From: the human T2T-CHM13v2.0 reference genome, Homo sapiens
Length of the DNA stretch: 64,000 nt
Reading direction: 5' to 3' (one strand)
Assembly: GCF_009914755.1 (NCBI RefSeq)
Contig: NC_060933.1
A program made the position numbers and the translations under genes. Shown here piece after piece: positions 13,945 through 34,215 of the stretch. Below the pieces are notes generated by a model. That model made no database searches. It was given only the letters and a program-made list of their open reading frames with translations, and was not told where the DNA came from. Within the stretch, counting starts at the first letter, position 1. The number at the start of each line of letters is the position of its first letter.

Positions 13945-15613
13945 TGAGAAGCTGGGATTACAGGCACCCGCCACCATGCCTGGCTTATTTTTGTATTTTT
14001 ACTACTACTAAAAATACTCTCTACAAATGGGGTTTCATCACGTTGGCCAGGCTGGTCTCAAACTCCTGACCTCAGGTGATCTGCCTGCCTCGGCCTCCCA
14101 AAGTGCTGGGGTTACTGGTGTGAGCCACCTCGCCTGGCCAAGAGTTCATAATTTTGTTTTGTGTAATGTTGGAGCACTGACTCAGTTTAAAATTGATTGA
14201 TGGTAGCTGAAAAACAAATACTGTGTTTTCAGGTATCATGCCCTGCTCATTCTTACTAGAGAGGTGCAGGTGCCCGCTTTATCTTCCAAAACGGAATTAA
14301 CAGGGAGGCTCAGGTTCACAACGTTCTAAATAACCCGAAAAAGAGAGCTCTTTATCGAGATTGGTGCCACTTGGTAGTTTTCCATATAAACCCGTGGAAA
14401 TGGCTGTTTGTGCCCGGGGACGAGGTTGCTAAGCCCTTCTGCTGATCCCTCCTTCTGGGAAGAGAATTGGACAAGTGAGAAAGTCCAGCTGGAGAAAGAA
14501 CAAGGAGCTGCCCAGGAGTCCACAGCAGCCTGCAGCCTTTCAGAGTCACTCAGACCCTAAAAGAGCTGCAAATGGGATTGACTTTCAACTGGTGGGCAAC
14601 ATACACCCATGCTGATTGCTAAATATGGAAACACTGTCCTGTCCACGGGTAAATGGGTGCTGCCCCAGCCCCAGGCCAGCAATGACGGGGTTATCGCCTG
14701 GCTGGTCAGGGCTGTGTCCGGAGTCGAGTCTGTGGGTGGAGGTCCCGCTGAGGAGGGTTTTGCCCATCGCATCTCGTTTCTCACAGTCACTTACACATCA
14801 GCAAAGTTCTCAGAGGCTGTGTGGCCCGCGACTTCCTGAAGAAGTCCGGGCTTGCACCCTTCGGGGTGGCCACTGGAGCTGTCACTATGGAGAATGTCCA
14901 CACGTCCTGAGAGACTTGGCCTCCACCGCTCCACTGGGCCTCAGATCTTACCACTAATTTACCATTTTATTTGTCTCTCACCAGCAGCAGATACGGTTTC
15001 AGGGCAAATGCTGAAAGAACAACACCTTCCCAAAATTCAAATGTGGATCCTGGAATATTTAGAGGTAAAATGGCGTGATGGCTGGGATAGGTTTTAAAAT
15101 ACTCCAGAGGAACAAAAAGCTGGGGATGGATGAGGACAGATAAAATAAGATGGCAAAATGCCAAAGTGTTGAAGCTAGGTGGTGGGTCCCTGACAACTCA
15201 TTGAATTACTCTATTTTGTGCATGTTTCAAAATGTCCGTAATAGAAAGTAACAAATAAATAAACAAACCTATGTTTTAAAATGATCAAAATCCCCTTCTA
15301 GGGTAAGTAGCTCTCCCAGGGTCCCCACATTAGCAAAGGGGGATATGGAATTCAAACTCAGATTTGTATTGTTGTTTTCCAAAAAGTACCAAGTCCAGAG
15401 TTCTTGGCTCTCCTTGATATGTGGCTAAGGATAAATGCCAATGCAAGGGTAGTGCCAAAAGGTGTTACTAGGGATATCAAACATCTTGTTATCATGTACC
15501 CTCCTGGTAGTCCTAGCTAACTTTACACTTTTTGTTTCAGTGCATATCAAATGTTAAATATTAAATTTTTTAAAGCCAGCTAAGGAAAACTGTAATGATT
15601 GTCATCAGCTCAC

Positions 15614-15706
15614 CTGTTGCAGGTCTCCAGTGGAGACACTAATAATAAGAGTTGGGATAATCATGAAGCAGGCATTGTAGAAAAGTACTCCGTATTTCCC
15701 TAGCTC
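15614..15706 (-). CDS. SLC35D2: SLC35D2 exon 8, 93 nt ([31 protein letters not shown])
   Basis: tttttgcag|GAG...CAACAG|gtgagc; phase 0 to 0. Confidence 0.96.
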
Positions 15707-16544
15707 CTGCAAAAACAAAAATGTAAAAACCACTCAGTTTCAGAAACGTGAGGCACAGATTTCCTGGAGCCATTTATACAACTGCATATTCATGCGAAGT
15801 TAGAATGTGCATTCTGAGCAACTCTTTTGGAATATTTTCAGCAAATTTCTGACATAAAATGCTTTGGTTTGAGGGTACTGAGATTTTGGAATAAACATTT
15901 GTTTTACACCAAAACTACAGAGAAAACGCATGGCAGTGGGAAGCCTCTAGGGTTCCATTCATCTCCAGCATTCTAATTATGTGGGGTTTTTTTTAAAGCA
16001 TGTAATTCAAAATGGGAAATCTGGAACAAAATAAAGAACATTAAAAATGTTAATATAAACAAAACTCTTTAAAAACATCTGCTCTTTCCATTAAAGGACA
16101 GCAGCATCATATATTTACTTTCATTAAAGTGGCCACACCACTTCACCATTTTCAAAAAAGGATGACATATTGTGATCCTCAAAAGACAACAAACCTGTTT
16201 TTGCAAAACTTCTACCGTTAAAAAAAAAAAAAAAAAAAAGGCCATGCAGGGGAAAAAAAAAAAAAACAGAGCAGATAAAAAAAAAAAAAAAAGAGCAGAT
16301 TAAAAAAAATAGCTCATGGAAATAAGCCTGTTGGTCAGAGTGAACTCCCTCATCCAGCACAAAGAGCTTGGAACAAAGAAACATATGCCTGACTCATCCT
16401 CCGGGCTTCCTTGTAACAGCTGGGGGTGGGGGAGGGATGGGGGAGGGGGAGGGATGGGGCCTCCACGTGACAGGCAGCCACACAAAAGCAAAGCTCCTCT
16501 GCCCCACCCCTCATCATCAGAAGCAGCAGCTATTGCTGGACAAG

Positions 16545-16700
16545 ACCTTACAAATTATCCATTGCAGTCATTTCATTCCACAGATAAGGAAACTGAAGTT
16601 TGGAGAAGTTAAGGTTCAAAGTCACAACAGTCAGTAAGTAGAAAAACTTGTGTCTGTAGCCCACATCTCCAGACTCCAAACTAGCGCTCTCTGAACAAAT
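16545..16700. mobile_element. MIR fragment
   Basis: cattccacagataaggaaactgaagtttggagaagttaag...gtcacaacag, the MIR core. Confidence 0.7.
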
Positions 16701-17008
16701 ATCGTGACCCCTGACCTTGCCTTGGTGATTGATGATGCTGGTAAAAAAATTAATTTGCCTTTCAGAATAATCCCTTTTTATATGTTCTGAGTGTGCATCT
16801 AAACTAGTGGCTTTTCCCATCATATCTCATTTTCACCCAAAATTTCGCAAATAATAACTTATACAGACAAGATAATTGAAAATAAGGAATTTACAGGTCA
16901 TATTATATAAATTAAATTACATTCCAACTGTACACATTCATTTTCATTTTTCATATAATTCTAGGGGCCAGATGACAGAGCCAAAAAGCCATAGGCAAGG
17001 TCTGGTAC

Positions 17009-17111
17009 CTTTGGGTCCATTTTCTGTTTGGTATAAACTCCATTTGCTGCTGTGAAGATATCATTCAGGAATACAAAAATATAGCCTTCTAAGTTAAAAG
17101 CAAGGTCAGAC
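17009..17111 (-). CDS. SLC35D2: SLC35D2 exon 7, 103 nt ((G)[34 protein letters not shown])
   Basis: ctccctcccag|GTCT...CCAAAG|gtacca; phase 2 to 0. Confidence 0.96.
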
Positions 17112-17822
17112 CTGGGAGGGAGACCACAAAGGGAGAATGATTACTCAAAAACTCACAACTTGGCCTCCAAGCCCGCCTGATCTACCTTTCCCTAATCAAA
17201 CCCACTTTTCTGTGGCACACTTTCCCCGCTTTGTGGTAGTGAATGATTAATTCCTCTGCTTTGCCTCCAGACAAAAACCAAACCAGCCCATCAGATGGCT
17301 TCGACTCAATCGTGAATGGCTTAAAACCAGAGCGACATTAAGCATCTTCCTTCAACTGCAACCCCTTTCTTTCGCTAGCTGATGAATCCACATAATAACT
17401 GGTGAGCCCTGACTTTCCTAAGGGGAGTGATTCGCCCCGATCCACCCAGGGGCTCTGCTTATTGTAGTGAACAGGGCCACCTCCAGGGTGCAGCCAGTGA
17501 GGGGCAGCTGGGCAGAGGCTGGGTAAGAGGGGTCGCATGAGGCAGCCACACCTCCATCTGGTGCCCAAACCGCACCCCGTCCATCAAAATGGCAAGGCAG
17601 GTATCCATCCTTCTATGTGACCCCTCTATGGCTCCTTTCTTCCCATTCTTTTGAAACAGCTTCTCTTCCATTTCCATTATAAATAGCACCAGCATAAATA
17701 CGTTTGGGGATCTATGACAGGAACAAGAGGAAGAGCAATAGCTGAGCCATGATGTGGCCCACCCACCTGCACTTGATCGTTGCAGACAGTGCTAGGCCAT
17801 GTCATAATTCAGAAATACACAT

Positions 17823-18352
17823 TGCCAGGGAGGAAAACCTTTTCCTGTACCCTCTTAGATTCAGTGTCTGGGGGCCTGCTAATTTAACTGATAAAAGACA
17901 GATTAACAGGAGAAAGAGAATACGAATCTTATTAATATGTTCCCTGAAGTTCACAGAAAAGAAGTGAAACTCAAAGAAACAGTTAGACTTGGGGACTTAC
18001 GTTTTAAAAAGGAAAGAGGATTTGGGCTTCAAGGAACAAATAAATTGTGTAATTGTTAGAAAGTAACTAGGAAACCTATGGTGGAAATGATGAACGAGAA
18101 GGGTTCTTTTAGGGTTTGTTTATGCAGATGCATCTCAGGGCCGACCCTCCGTCCAGTGATAGGAATTGCTCTCCTCTTCCTGGGATGGGAGAAGCGGTCC
18201 TCTTCACAATGGGAAATTGATTCCCTGGTTTTTAGGCAGAAAGGAGAAGGCAGCAAACTTCCTGATCTGTTGATTCTCAATCTTTCTCGGCTCAAAATAA
18301 TCCTGATCTCACAGTGGCACAGTTTGCAGTGGCATACCCTGAATCTTCTTCA
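17823..18352 (-). mobile_element. ERV1 LTR, MER31-like
   Basis: Minus strand starts TGAAGAAGATTCAGGGTATGCCACTGCAAACTGTGCC...AGGATTATTTTGAGC and ends in CA; subfamily from recall. Confidence 0.6.
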
Positions 18353-18530
18353 ATGTCAAAATAAGATTATTTCTAACCAAAGAGAATGAAACACAGAGCA
18401 AAAATTCTACCAAAATCTGAATGCAAATTAAATTGGATTTTTGCTTGACGCCTCCACACATTATTATCTACAAATATATTTGTGAGAAGGGAAATTAATT
18501 TTAGTCATCATAAGTCAGAATTCTCCCTCA

Positions 18531-18758
<228 letters not shown>

Positions 18759-19361
18759 TCACTTGAACCAGGGAGGCAGAGGTTGTGGTGAGCCAAGATC
18801 GTGCCTCCAGCCTGAGCAACAAGAGCGAAACTCTGTCTCAAAAGGATTTTCTTCAAAATAAGGGTCTTCCAAATTTCTTACCTACCCACATGTGATTCAG
18901 CGTGAAGAAGAGCAGAGTCTGCCGCCCCCTGAGACAGCAGAGCCAAGTGAGTGGAAAGGGGATGGGGGGAGATGCTGCCCACCTCCTGGGAGAGCTGCAG
19001 GGGAACTCCTACTCAGGGGACCAAGAGTTCCCAGCAGCGCTGTTCCCACTCCCGGAAGCCTGGGTCACTGTCAGGCAGCTTACCCACTGTTTGTTTAGGC
19101 CAGTGGTGACAGCACAGACATTTCTGAAGAATTTACTTGTTTAATCAATTAGAGCAGATTCATGTAACCCTTGCAGTTGTTCAAGCGATCCTCCCATCTC
19201 AGTCTCCTGAGTAGCTGGGACTACAGGCATGTGCCACCATGCCCGGCTAATTTTTTTACTTTTATTTTTGTAGAGACAGGGTTTCATTATGTTGCCAGGG
19301 CTGGTCTCGAACTCCTGGGCTCAAGCAATCCCGTCACCTGGGCCTCCCAAAGTACTGGGAT

Positions 19362-19890
19362 TGTCAGAGGCGTGTGAACCCGAGCAACTCCATCTTAAAT
19401 AGGAGCTGGGTAAAATGAAGCTGAAACCTACTGGGCTGCATTCCCAGGCGGTTAAGGCATTCTAAGTCACAGGATGACATAGGAAGCCGGCACAAAATAC
19501 AAATCATAAAGACCTTGCTGATAGGCCAAAACCCACTGAAACTAAAATGGCCACAAAAGTGACCTGTGGTCATCCTCACTGCTACACTCCCGCCAGCGCC
19601 GTGACAGTTTACAAATGCCAGGGCAATGTCAGGAAGCTACCCTATATGGTCTAAAAGGGGAGACATGAATAATCCACCCCTTGTTTAGCAAATCATCAAG
19701 AAATAACCATTAAAAATGGGCAACCAGCAGCTCTGGGGCTGCTCTTTCTATGGAGTGGCCATTCTTTTATTCCTTTACTTTCTTAATAAACTTGCTTTCA
19801 CGCTGCACTGCAGACTCGCCCTGAATTCTTTCTTCCACAAGATCCAAGAACCCTCTCTTGGGGTCTGGATCAGGACCCTTTCCTGTAACA
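19362..19890 (+). mobile_element. MER41 (MER41A-like) solo LTR inserted into an antisense AluJ (19180-19361 and 19891-19921)
   Basis: TGTCAGAGGCGTGTGAACCCGAGCAACTCCATCTT...TCCTGTAACA; 4-bp TSD GGAT; the Alu resumes exactly at ggattacagg. Confidence 0.9.
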
Positions 19891-19939
19891 GGATTACAGG
19901 CATGGGCTACCACACCCAGCCCAGATGTATTTTAACTTT

Positions 19940-20240
19940 TTCTGGCCATGTAACTTGTTTTTGAATAAAATGTAAGAGAAGGTGACACGTCACTTCTGGG
20001 TGAAACCTTTAAGAGCCAGTGCATAATTCCCCACCTTCCCTTTTCCTGCTTGTTTGGCAAAGGAAGTGCCCTCTGAGGCAGGGATTCCATCAGCCTGGAT
20101 CCCTGAGTGAACACATGGAGCAGAGCCCTCGCACTAGCACTGCCTAGTGTTGGACAGCGTGGATGGCGTGGATGGGGTGCATCTGGTGAGTGAAGCTACT
20201 GCCGTGTGGAGGTTGTTTGTTACAGCAGCATCACCTGCTC
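19940..20240 (+). mobile_element. MLT1 (MaLR) LTR fragment
   Basis: ggccatgtaacttg...gtcacttctgggtgaaacctttaagagccag...ggttgtttgttacagcagca. Confidence 0.6.
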
Positions 20241-20737
20241 ATCCAACAGTCTGATCTGCCACTGCTTGCATCTGGATGTGCTAATGTAAGAGGAGAGCAG
20301 GATAGGGTCACTGCTGGTCTGTAGCTAAGCACTCACTGCTGATCTGTAGCTAAGCACTGTGGCTAAGCACTATGAATGCCAGCTACCAGGTGGGGATCCA
20401 TTCTGTGAGTGCCAGAGGAAGAGCCAGGCTGAGCATGGCTACTCCAGGCTGGCTCTTGGTTGAAAGTTAGATGCTTTAGGAACCCCGATTTACCCTTTTA
20501 GATTGTTTGTAGACTGTCCTTACATATGTGAAGCACGGACTGGATTTCTGATCACTGGTTCTGGAAACGCACCTGCATACCCACGGTAACTGAAGGGCCA
20601 TTCCTCACCAAAGACTTACCACAGTTTTATAAACCATTTTTTGCAAAAGTCTTTAACTGGCTGTAAGTCAGTGGTTTTCAAAATGAGCCCTAAGGAAGCT
20701 AGAAGAGAGGGGCTGTGCCGGGGAGACCTCAGAGTGC

Positions 20738-21597
<860 letters not shown>

Positions 21598-22812
21598 GGA
21601 GCATCCTCCACAGAACTCCTCCCTCTTTAAACTACTTTACTTATAAAATTTCATTCCAAAAAAAGCCTGTCATGACTAGATGAGGCTCTGAGAACTGCTG
21701 TCTAATGGGTGCTGGCCCTATACCTGCGGTGTGAATTGGAGCACTGAGACCCCAGAGCCAGCTTTCAAGCAGTAAAACTCAGCCCCTGGCTAGGACTAGG
21801 GGAGAGAAAGGTACAGATGACACGTAAGTAATAAACCTTAGTCTACACAATGGACTAAATACATTTATAATGACAGTAAGCATGATTTGTTTTTCTTAGA
21901 GACAGGATCTTACTCTTTTGCTCAGGCTAGAATGCAGTGGTGCAATCATTGCTCACTGCAACCTCAAACTCCTGGGCCCAAGAGATCCTCTTTCCCCAGC
22001 CTCCTGAGTAGCTGAGACTCCAGGCACACACCACGACGCCAGGCTAATTTTCTTTCCTTTTTTTTTTTTTTTTTTTTTTTTTTTGTAGAAATAGGTTCTC
22101 ACAATGTTTCCCAAGCTTATCTCAAACTCATGGGCTCAGGTGATATTCCCACCTAGGCTTCCTACAGTGCTGGGATTATAGGGGTGAGCCACCACACCCA
22201 GCCTGGAGCTAAGTTTTGAACCCAGGGATGTAACTATTCACATGCACTATCCACCATGCTATAGCAGAAATCTGAGCACCTGCCTGCCCACGAAGACTTG
22301 GAGTCCTCGTTATTCCTTTTGCAAAATAATTATTAAAGTAGTAGTCATGCACCAGTGTTGGCTCATATCCCAAACGTACAAATATATTTAGCATTCTACC
22401 ATCGGAAACAGCAACTGCTAAGGTATCATGGAATAATAAAATAAATCAGCAGACAAAGGCTTTGTAAGTCTGTTATTATTAATCAAATGCCTAAGAACTT
22501 CTCAAGTAAAGTTGTTATAATGAAGACAAACATTCAGTAAGAAATGTAAACAGTTCACTGCTTTTTGTGAAGAAAAGCTATATTAATATCTTGCAATGCT
22601 CTCTTCATATATTCTCAGAAATTTTCTGGCCAATGTGGGACCCACTTTGACTTTCATAGGAACACATGGGGATTCCACTAACTTCAACAGATTTGTCTCT
22701 TGCCTGCTCAATTCAACAGCAGCCAGATGGAAAATGAAAAACTGAGGATGGGGCTGAGCCTATTGTCAAAGACACAAAGAAGTTATTGAGCAGAAACAGT
22801 CCAAAGTCTTAC

Positions 22813-22881
22813 CCAGCTGCTATGAAAGCCCCGAGAATAATGGCAAAGACACTGAGGATGATGTTGAGTGAATACTGCTTC
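22813..22881 (-). CDS. SLC35D2: SLC35D2 exon 6, 69 nt ((G)KQYSLNIILSVFAIILGAFIAA(G))
   Basis: tttattacag|GAAG...GCTGG|gtaaga; phase 2 to 2. Confidence 0.96.
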
Positions 22882-23747
22882 CTGTAATAAATACACAAAT
22901 AAGAAAGGAAAGGGAGCAGAGAGGAAAACATTGAAATATGATTATATTTTTTAAACAAATTGAAAATAGACATCAGCATTTTTATAGCTAAAATCCAGCA
23001 GACAATGCTTGATGCAGAGAAAGCACTAAAAGTGTTTCTAAGTCAGACTAAATTTACATTATTTCTTAAGCAGTTTTCTTAATCTAATTACAAACTGATT
23101 TCTCTGTTCTCACTAGAGAGATACTGGGACAAAATACAGAAGCGCTCCTGCTGGTGGATCTAGTTTGCATGGACTGATAGTGAGTATTCAAAGATTATGA
23201 TAAAATTCAATACAAGGGCTTAAAACACTGAACCACCAACCAAAATTCATTTCTAAATAATCCTCCCAGCAAAATCAAGAATCAACTTTTTGGATATCAG
23301 ACTAAATATCCTTATGAAAAATTTTATACCAACAATATAAAAATTAATTTCTTCTGATATTATAATTACTGCGTCAGAATTGATATCCCTCATACCCTGC
23401 ACAACTATCCTGTATGTATACATGGACAGTTTCCCTTCTGTATTCCAAAATTGGTTTATATTCCATCTGGCTCAGGAAACAGGTTTACATCCTTTTTGGA
23501 GTGTTTCTTTTACTTTCTTACGATTTTCTACCACAAACATGCATTATTTGTCTATGGTAAAATTACAACTTTTAAAAAATCCCTCATTAAGTTCTTAGGG
23601 AATCACAGAAGCACAAAACTACTTTTAAATGAATAAACCATTTGTCCTTAAATTATTGCAACTAGCAATGGCTACTAGAATTTGCTGGGTAAAAGAAATG
23701 CAGTGGGTGGGAGGCACACTGGAAGAATGGAGGAAAAACAAAATCAC

Positions 23748-23819
23748 CCAAGTATGATGGTTTCCAGAAGTAAGGTAAGTGGAATGGTGAATTTCCTGAG
23801 CACGGTGAACATCGGTAGG
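23748..23819 (-). CDS. SLC35D2: SLC35D2 exon 5, 72 nt ((S)LPMFTVLRKFTIPLTLLLETIIL(G))
   Basis: ttttcctggcag|CCTA...CTTGG|gtgatt; contains the SLPMFTVLRK motif typical of SLC35D transporters; phase 2 to 2. Confidence 0.96.
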
Positions 23820-24083
23820 CTGCCAGGAAAAGAGTGAAGCATGTCAGACACCAAGGGTTGGTTGATTGGTTTTATCTTTTACATGTTTTACATTTTTAAT
23901 TAAGCTTACTAATTTTCCAAATCAATTTTCACATTTACCATTAACAAATCACATTAAATAATAAAAATAAATGGAGATTAAATAATTTCATACCACTTTC
24001 ACTTAGCAATTTATTTACTTATTTTTTATTTATTTATTTATTTTTTTTGGAGACAGAGTCTCGCTGTGTTGCCCAGGCTGTAG

Positions 24084-24263
<180 letters not shown>

Positions 24264-24528
24264 TAAGGTAATCTGCCCGCCACAGCCTCCCAAAGTGCTG
24301 GGATTACAGGCGTGAGCCACCGCACCTGGGCTTCACTTGGCAATTTAAGACACCGTTCTGTCCATCCATTCTAAAGGTTGTGCTGAAACTACTTCATGAT
24401 GTGAACCAATACATCCTTTGACAAATCAAGTCAGGCCTATGCGTCATCATTAAATAGTCCTGACCGACTGGGCACCGTGGCTCTCGCCTGTAATCCCAGC
24501 ACTTTGGGAGGCCGAGGTGGGCAGATCA

Positions 24529-24759
<231 letters not shown>

Positions 24760-24976
24760 TTACTTCTTCTTGGGAAACTTATTCTAAGGTAATAATCAAA
24801 AGAAAAAAAAACCACATGCATAAATGTGTTCACTGCAGTGTCTGTGGGAAAAACATCAGAAACAACCTAAATGTCAGACATCACAATAGTTAAATAAATT
24901 ATGATACATTCAGTTGAGGGAACATGATACTATAACTCTGTAATACAAATACTATTAGAAAATGAATATTAAATAA

Positions 24977-25388
<412 letters not shown>

Positions 25389-25859
25389 TAGATTATGGGT
25401 GATTTTCTTCCCCAAATTTTATGTAGTAAGGCTAAACTGCCTTAAAATATATAGTTAAGAACCTTCTACCCACTCCTAACACCCAGAGATTCCACGATGC
25501 AGCTCAGCGCATAGTCAACAGACTGCCAGGGCTGCCAAATGCCAGCCCATCTCCACCTGCTTCTAGATGCGACCCTGAGCGGCCGATGAGCTAGGGAAAG
25601 AAAGTCAGAGCTGGAACAGCAGCACAGGAGGAGAGTGGCAGCTCAGCCACCCATACCCCAGCACAGGCTTCACATCATCAACCACACTGCATCCAGAGAG
25701 CAGCTGCAGAAAGAATGTTCAGGAACTTTATATTCACACCTAAAGATGTCTTACAAGACTGGCTGGACCTACATTTTTCAAAGCTGCAACAACAACAACA
25801 AAACGCTTTATATTTTCAATTGCATTCGAAAAGTATTCTAGATTATGCCTTTTAAAAGC

Positions 25860-30300
<4,441 letters not shown>

Positions 30301-30503
30301 GTCACTATTGAAGGTGTCAGGACACTAATTTATTAGTCTGAACATTGATAAAGGAAGCTTTTATCCTGCTTTTCCTATATGAAGTGGTGAAAATTTGTTC
30401 TTATCGAAAAAGTTTAGGTTGGGTGTGGTGGCTCATGCCTGTAATCCAAGTACTTTGGGAGGCCAAGACAGGCAGATTACTTGAGGTCAGGAGTTCAAGA
30501 CTA

Positions 30504-30707
<204 letters not shown>

Positions 30708-30732
30708 TCAACCCCTTAAAATCATTAACAGT

Positions 30733-31032
<300 letters not shown>

Positions 31033-31863
31033 TCATTAACAGTGAAACTGATCCATTTAATAGCATTCCAAGAAGGATAAGGTATTATGTGCCCCATAAT
31101 CAAAAGACCCTGAAATGGGCCGGGCACAGTGGCTCACACCTGTAATCCCAGCACTTCGGGAGGCCAAAGCGGATGGATCACCTGAGGTCAGGAGTTCAAG
31201 ACAAGCCTGGCCAACATGGTGAAACCCTGTCTCTACTAAAAATACAAAACTTAGCCAGGCGTGGTGGCAGGCGCCTATAATCCCAGCTACTTGGGAGGCT
31301 GAGGCAGGAGAATCGCTTGAACTCAGAAGGTGGAGGTTGTAGTGAGTCAAGATAAGGTTGCACTCCAACCTGGGAGACAGAGTGAGACTCTGTCTCAAAA
31401 AAAAAAAAGACCCTGAAATAAATGCAGATGCAAATTTCAGAAGTTTATAACACACACTTGAAAATGTCTGTCATTATTTTTCCCTGCACCAAACCTGGTC
31501 TACACCAAGGCTGAGGAGATGTTCCTGCTCTTATAAAACTGAGATGAAACCAAAAGTCACACAAAATCATATTCACACCAACAATCCCACCTGGATAAAT
31601 CAGACCTTCTCTACCTTAATGTCTACAGCTCTCAGATTCTATGTTCAGGCTTGAATATAATTTAAAAAAATAAGCTTTTTAACATTCCTAAAATCATTGG
31701 CCAATTAAACTCAAAACTCCACCTTACTTTCTTAAACTACTAAATATTATTGTCTTCTATATATGGTACAAGCACTATCAATGGCAAAAATCAATCTTGG
31801 TCTTTGTACCACTGGCAGCACAGAGGTGAGGAACTTTCCACCAGCCATTATCCTATACTCTAC

Positions 31864-31931
31864 CTTAATTTACTTGTGCTTGATAATCCACTTATGTGGT
31901 TTCCAACGTAGAGGAGAGGCAGAGGAAACAG
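31864..31931 (-). CDS. SLC35D2: SLC35D2 exon 4, 68 nt (LFPLPLLYVGNHISGLSSTSKL(S))
   Basis: poly-T...aatggaag|CTG...TTAAG|gtagag; phase 0 to 2. Confidence 0.95.
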
Positions 31932-32054
31932 CTTCCATTAAAAAAAAAAGAAGAAATATTTGGTTAGAACTCCAATAAGCATTTTCCTTCACATATAAAA
32001 ATGGTGACAGATACTTCACCAGAGAGGATCTTCAAACAGGCATTAAAAAAATGA

Positions 32055-32331
<277 letters not shown>

Positions 32332-32445
32332 TCATCTCAAAAAAAAAAAAAAAAAAAAAAAAAAGAAAAGGTGCGCCTTCTCACTAGTCATCAGGGAAAT
32401 GCAAACTAAAGCCCATAAGATGTCACGACACACCCATCAGATTAG

Positions 32446-32792
<347 letters not shown>

Positions 32793-32947
32793 TGAAGCAA
32801 CAGGGACTTTCAGGCACGTTTGTCAGAAGGTGAATTGGTATAGCCACCATGAAGAACAGTTCAACGATACATATTAAAGCTGAAGATATGCATGCCCCAG
32901 GGGCCAGCAGTTCCACTCTGATAGATACATTCCTCACTCATATGCAC

Positions 32948-33659
32948 TGTTATGAAATGAATCTTGTTTTTCCCCACATTTATATGTTGAAGCCCTAATC
33001 CCCAATGTGACTGTATTTGGAGATGAGGTCTTAACCAAGGTAATTCAGGTTACATGAGGGCATAGTGGTACAGCCCTAGCCCAACAAGACTGGTGTCCCT
33101 ATATGAAGAGAAGAGGCCAGGCACGGTGGCTCACACCTGTAATTCTAACACTTTGGGAGGCCAACACAGGAAGATAGCTTAAGCCCAGGAGTTCAAGACC
33201 AGCCCTGGCAACATAGTGAGACCGTCTCTACAAAAATTTTTTAAATTAGCAAGGCATGGTAGCAAATGCTTGTAGTCCCAGCTACTTGGGAGGCTGAGAC
33301 AGGAGGATCACTTGGACCCATGAGTTCGAAGCTGCAGTGAGCTGTGGATGTACCACTGTACTCCAGCTTGGGTGACAGAGCTAGACCCTGTCTCAAAATA
33401 ATTAAAAAAATGAAAACAAAAACAGAAAAAAAAAAAAAGGAAGTGGAAGAGATACGAGGAGTGCACACACAGAGGAAAGGCCATTGAGGACACAGTGAGA
33501 AGGTGGCCGTCTGTAAGCCAGGACGCAAAGCCTCACCAGAAGTCAACCCTGCCAGCACTTTGGTCCTGGACTTCCAGCCTCCAGAACTGTGAGGAGATCC
33601 ATTTCTGTTGTTGAAGCCACCTGGCCGGGGGTATTTTGTTACGGCAGCCTCAGCTAACA
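32948..33659 (+). mobile_element. MLT1 (B/C-like) LTR with an AluJ insertion at 33115-33437
   Basis: tatgttgaagccctaatccccaatgtgactgtatttggagat...cttccagcctccagaactgtgag...gtattttgttacggcagcc. Confidence 0.8.
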
Positions 33660-33928
33660 CATGTACGCCAGGGTCCAACTAGAAGCATGTTCAGAGTGGT
33701 ACTTTTTATTTTTCTAGCCCTCAAACTGGAAACATCCAAATTACAATAGAACAGATAAGTAAATTGTGGTATATTCATACAATGAAAATAAAAGAATACA
33801 GCCACACACAACACAGATGAATTTCACCATCATAATATTAAGTGAAAGAAGCAAGATACCTAAGAACATAGAGTTAGATTCCCTTTATCTCAAGTTTAAA
33901 AGCAGGTAAAACGAGACTACAGAATTTA

Positions 33929-34215
<287 letters not shown>

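Noticed and set aside
17470-17570. CTCF-like motifs near exon 7
   Set aside because: Each has at least two mismatches to the core and cannot be supported without a PWM scan or ChIP data.
23175-23232. Possible C/D-box snoRNA-like TGAT...CTGA in intron 5
   Set aside because: Wrong strand for a host-encoded snoRNA, imperfect C box, and no terminal stem.
23772-23780. Perfect AAG|GTAAGT donor on the plus strand inside exon 5
   Set aside because: Antisense to the gene and explained by codons (L-T-L); no matching plus-strand exon seen.
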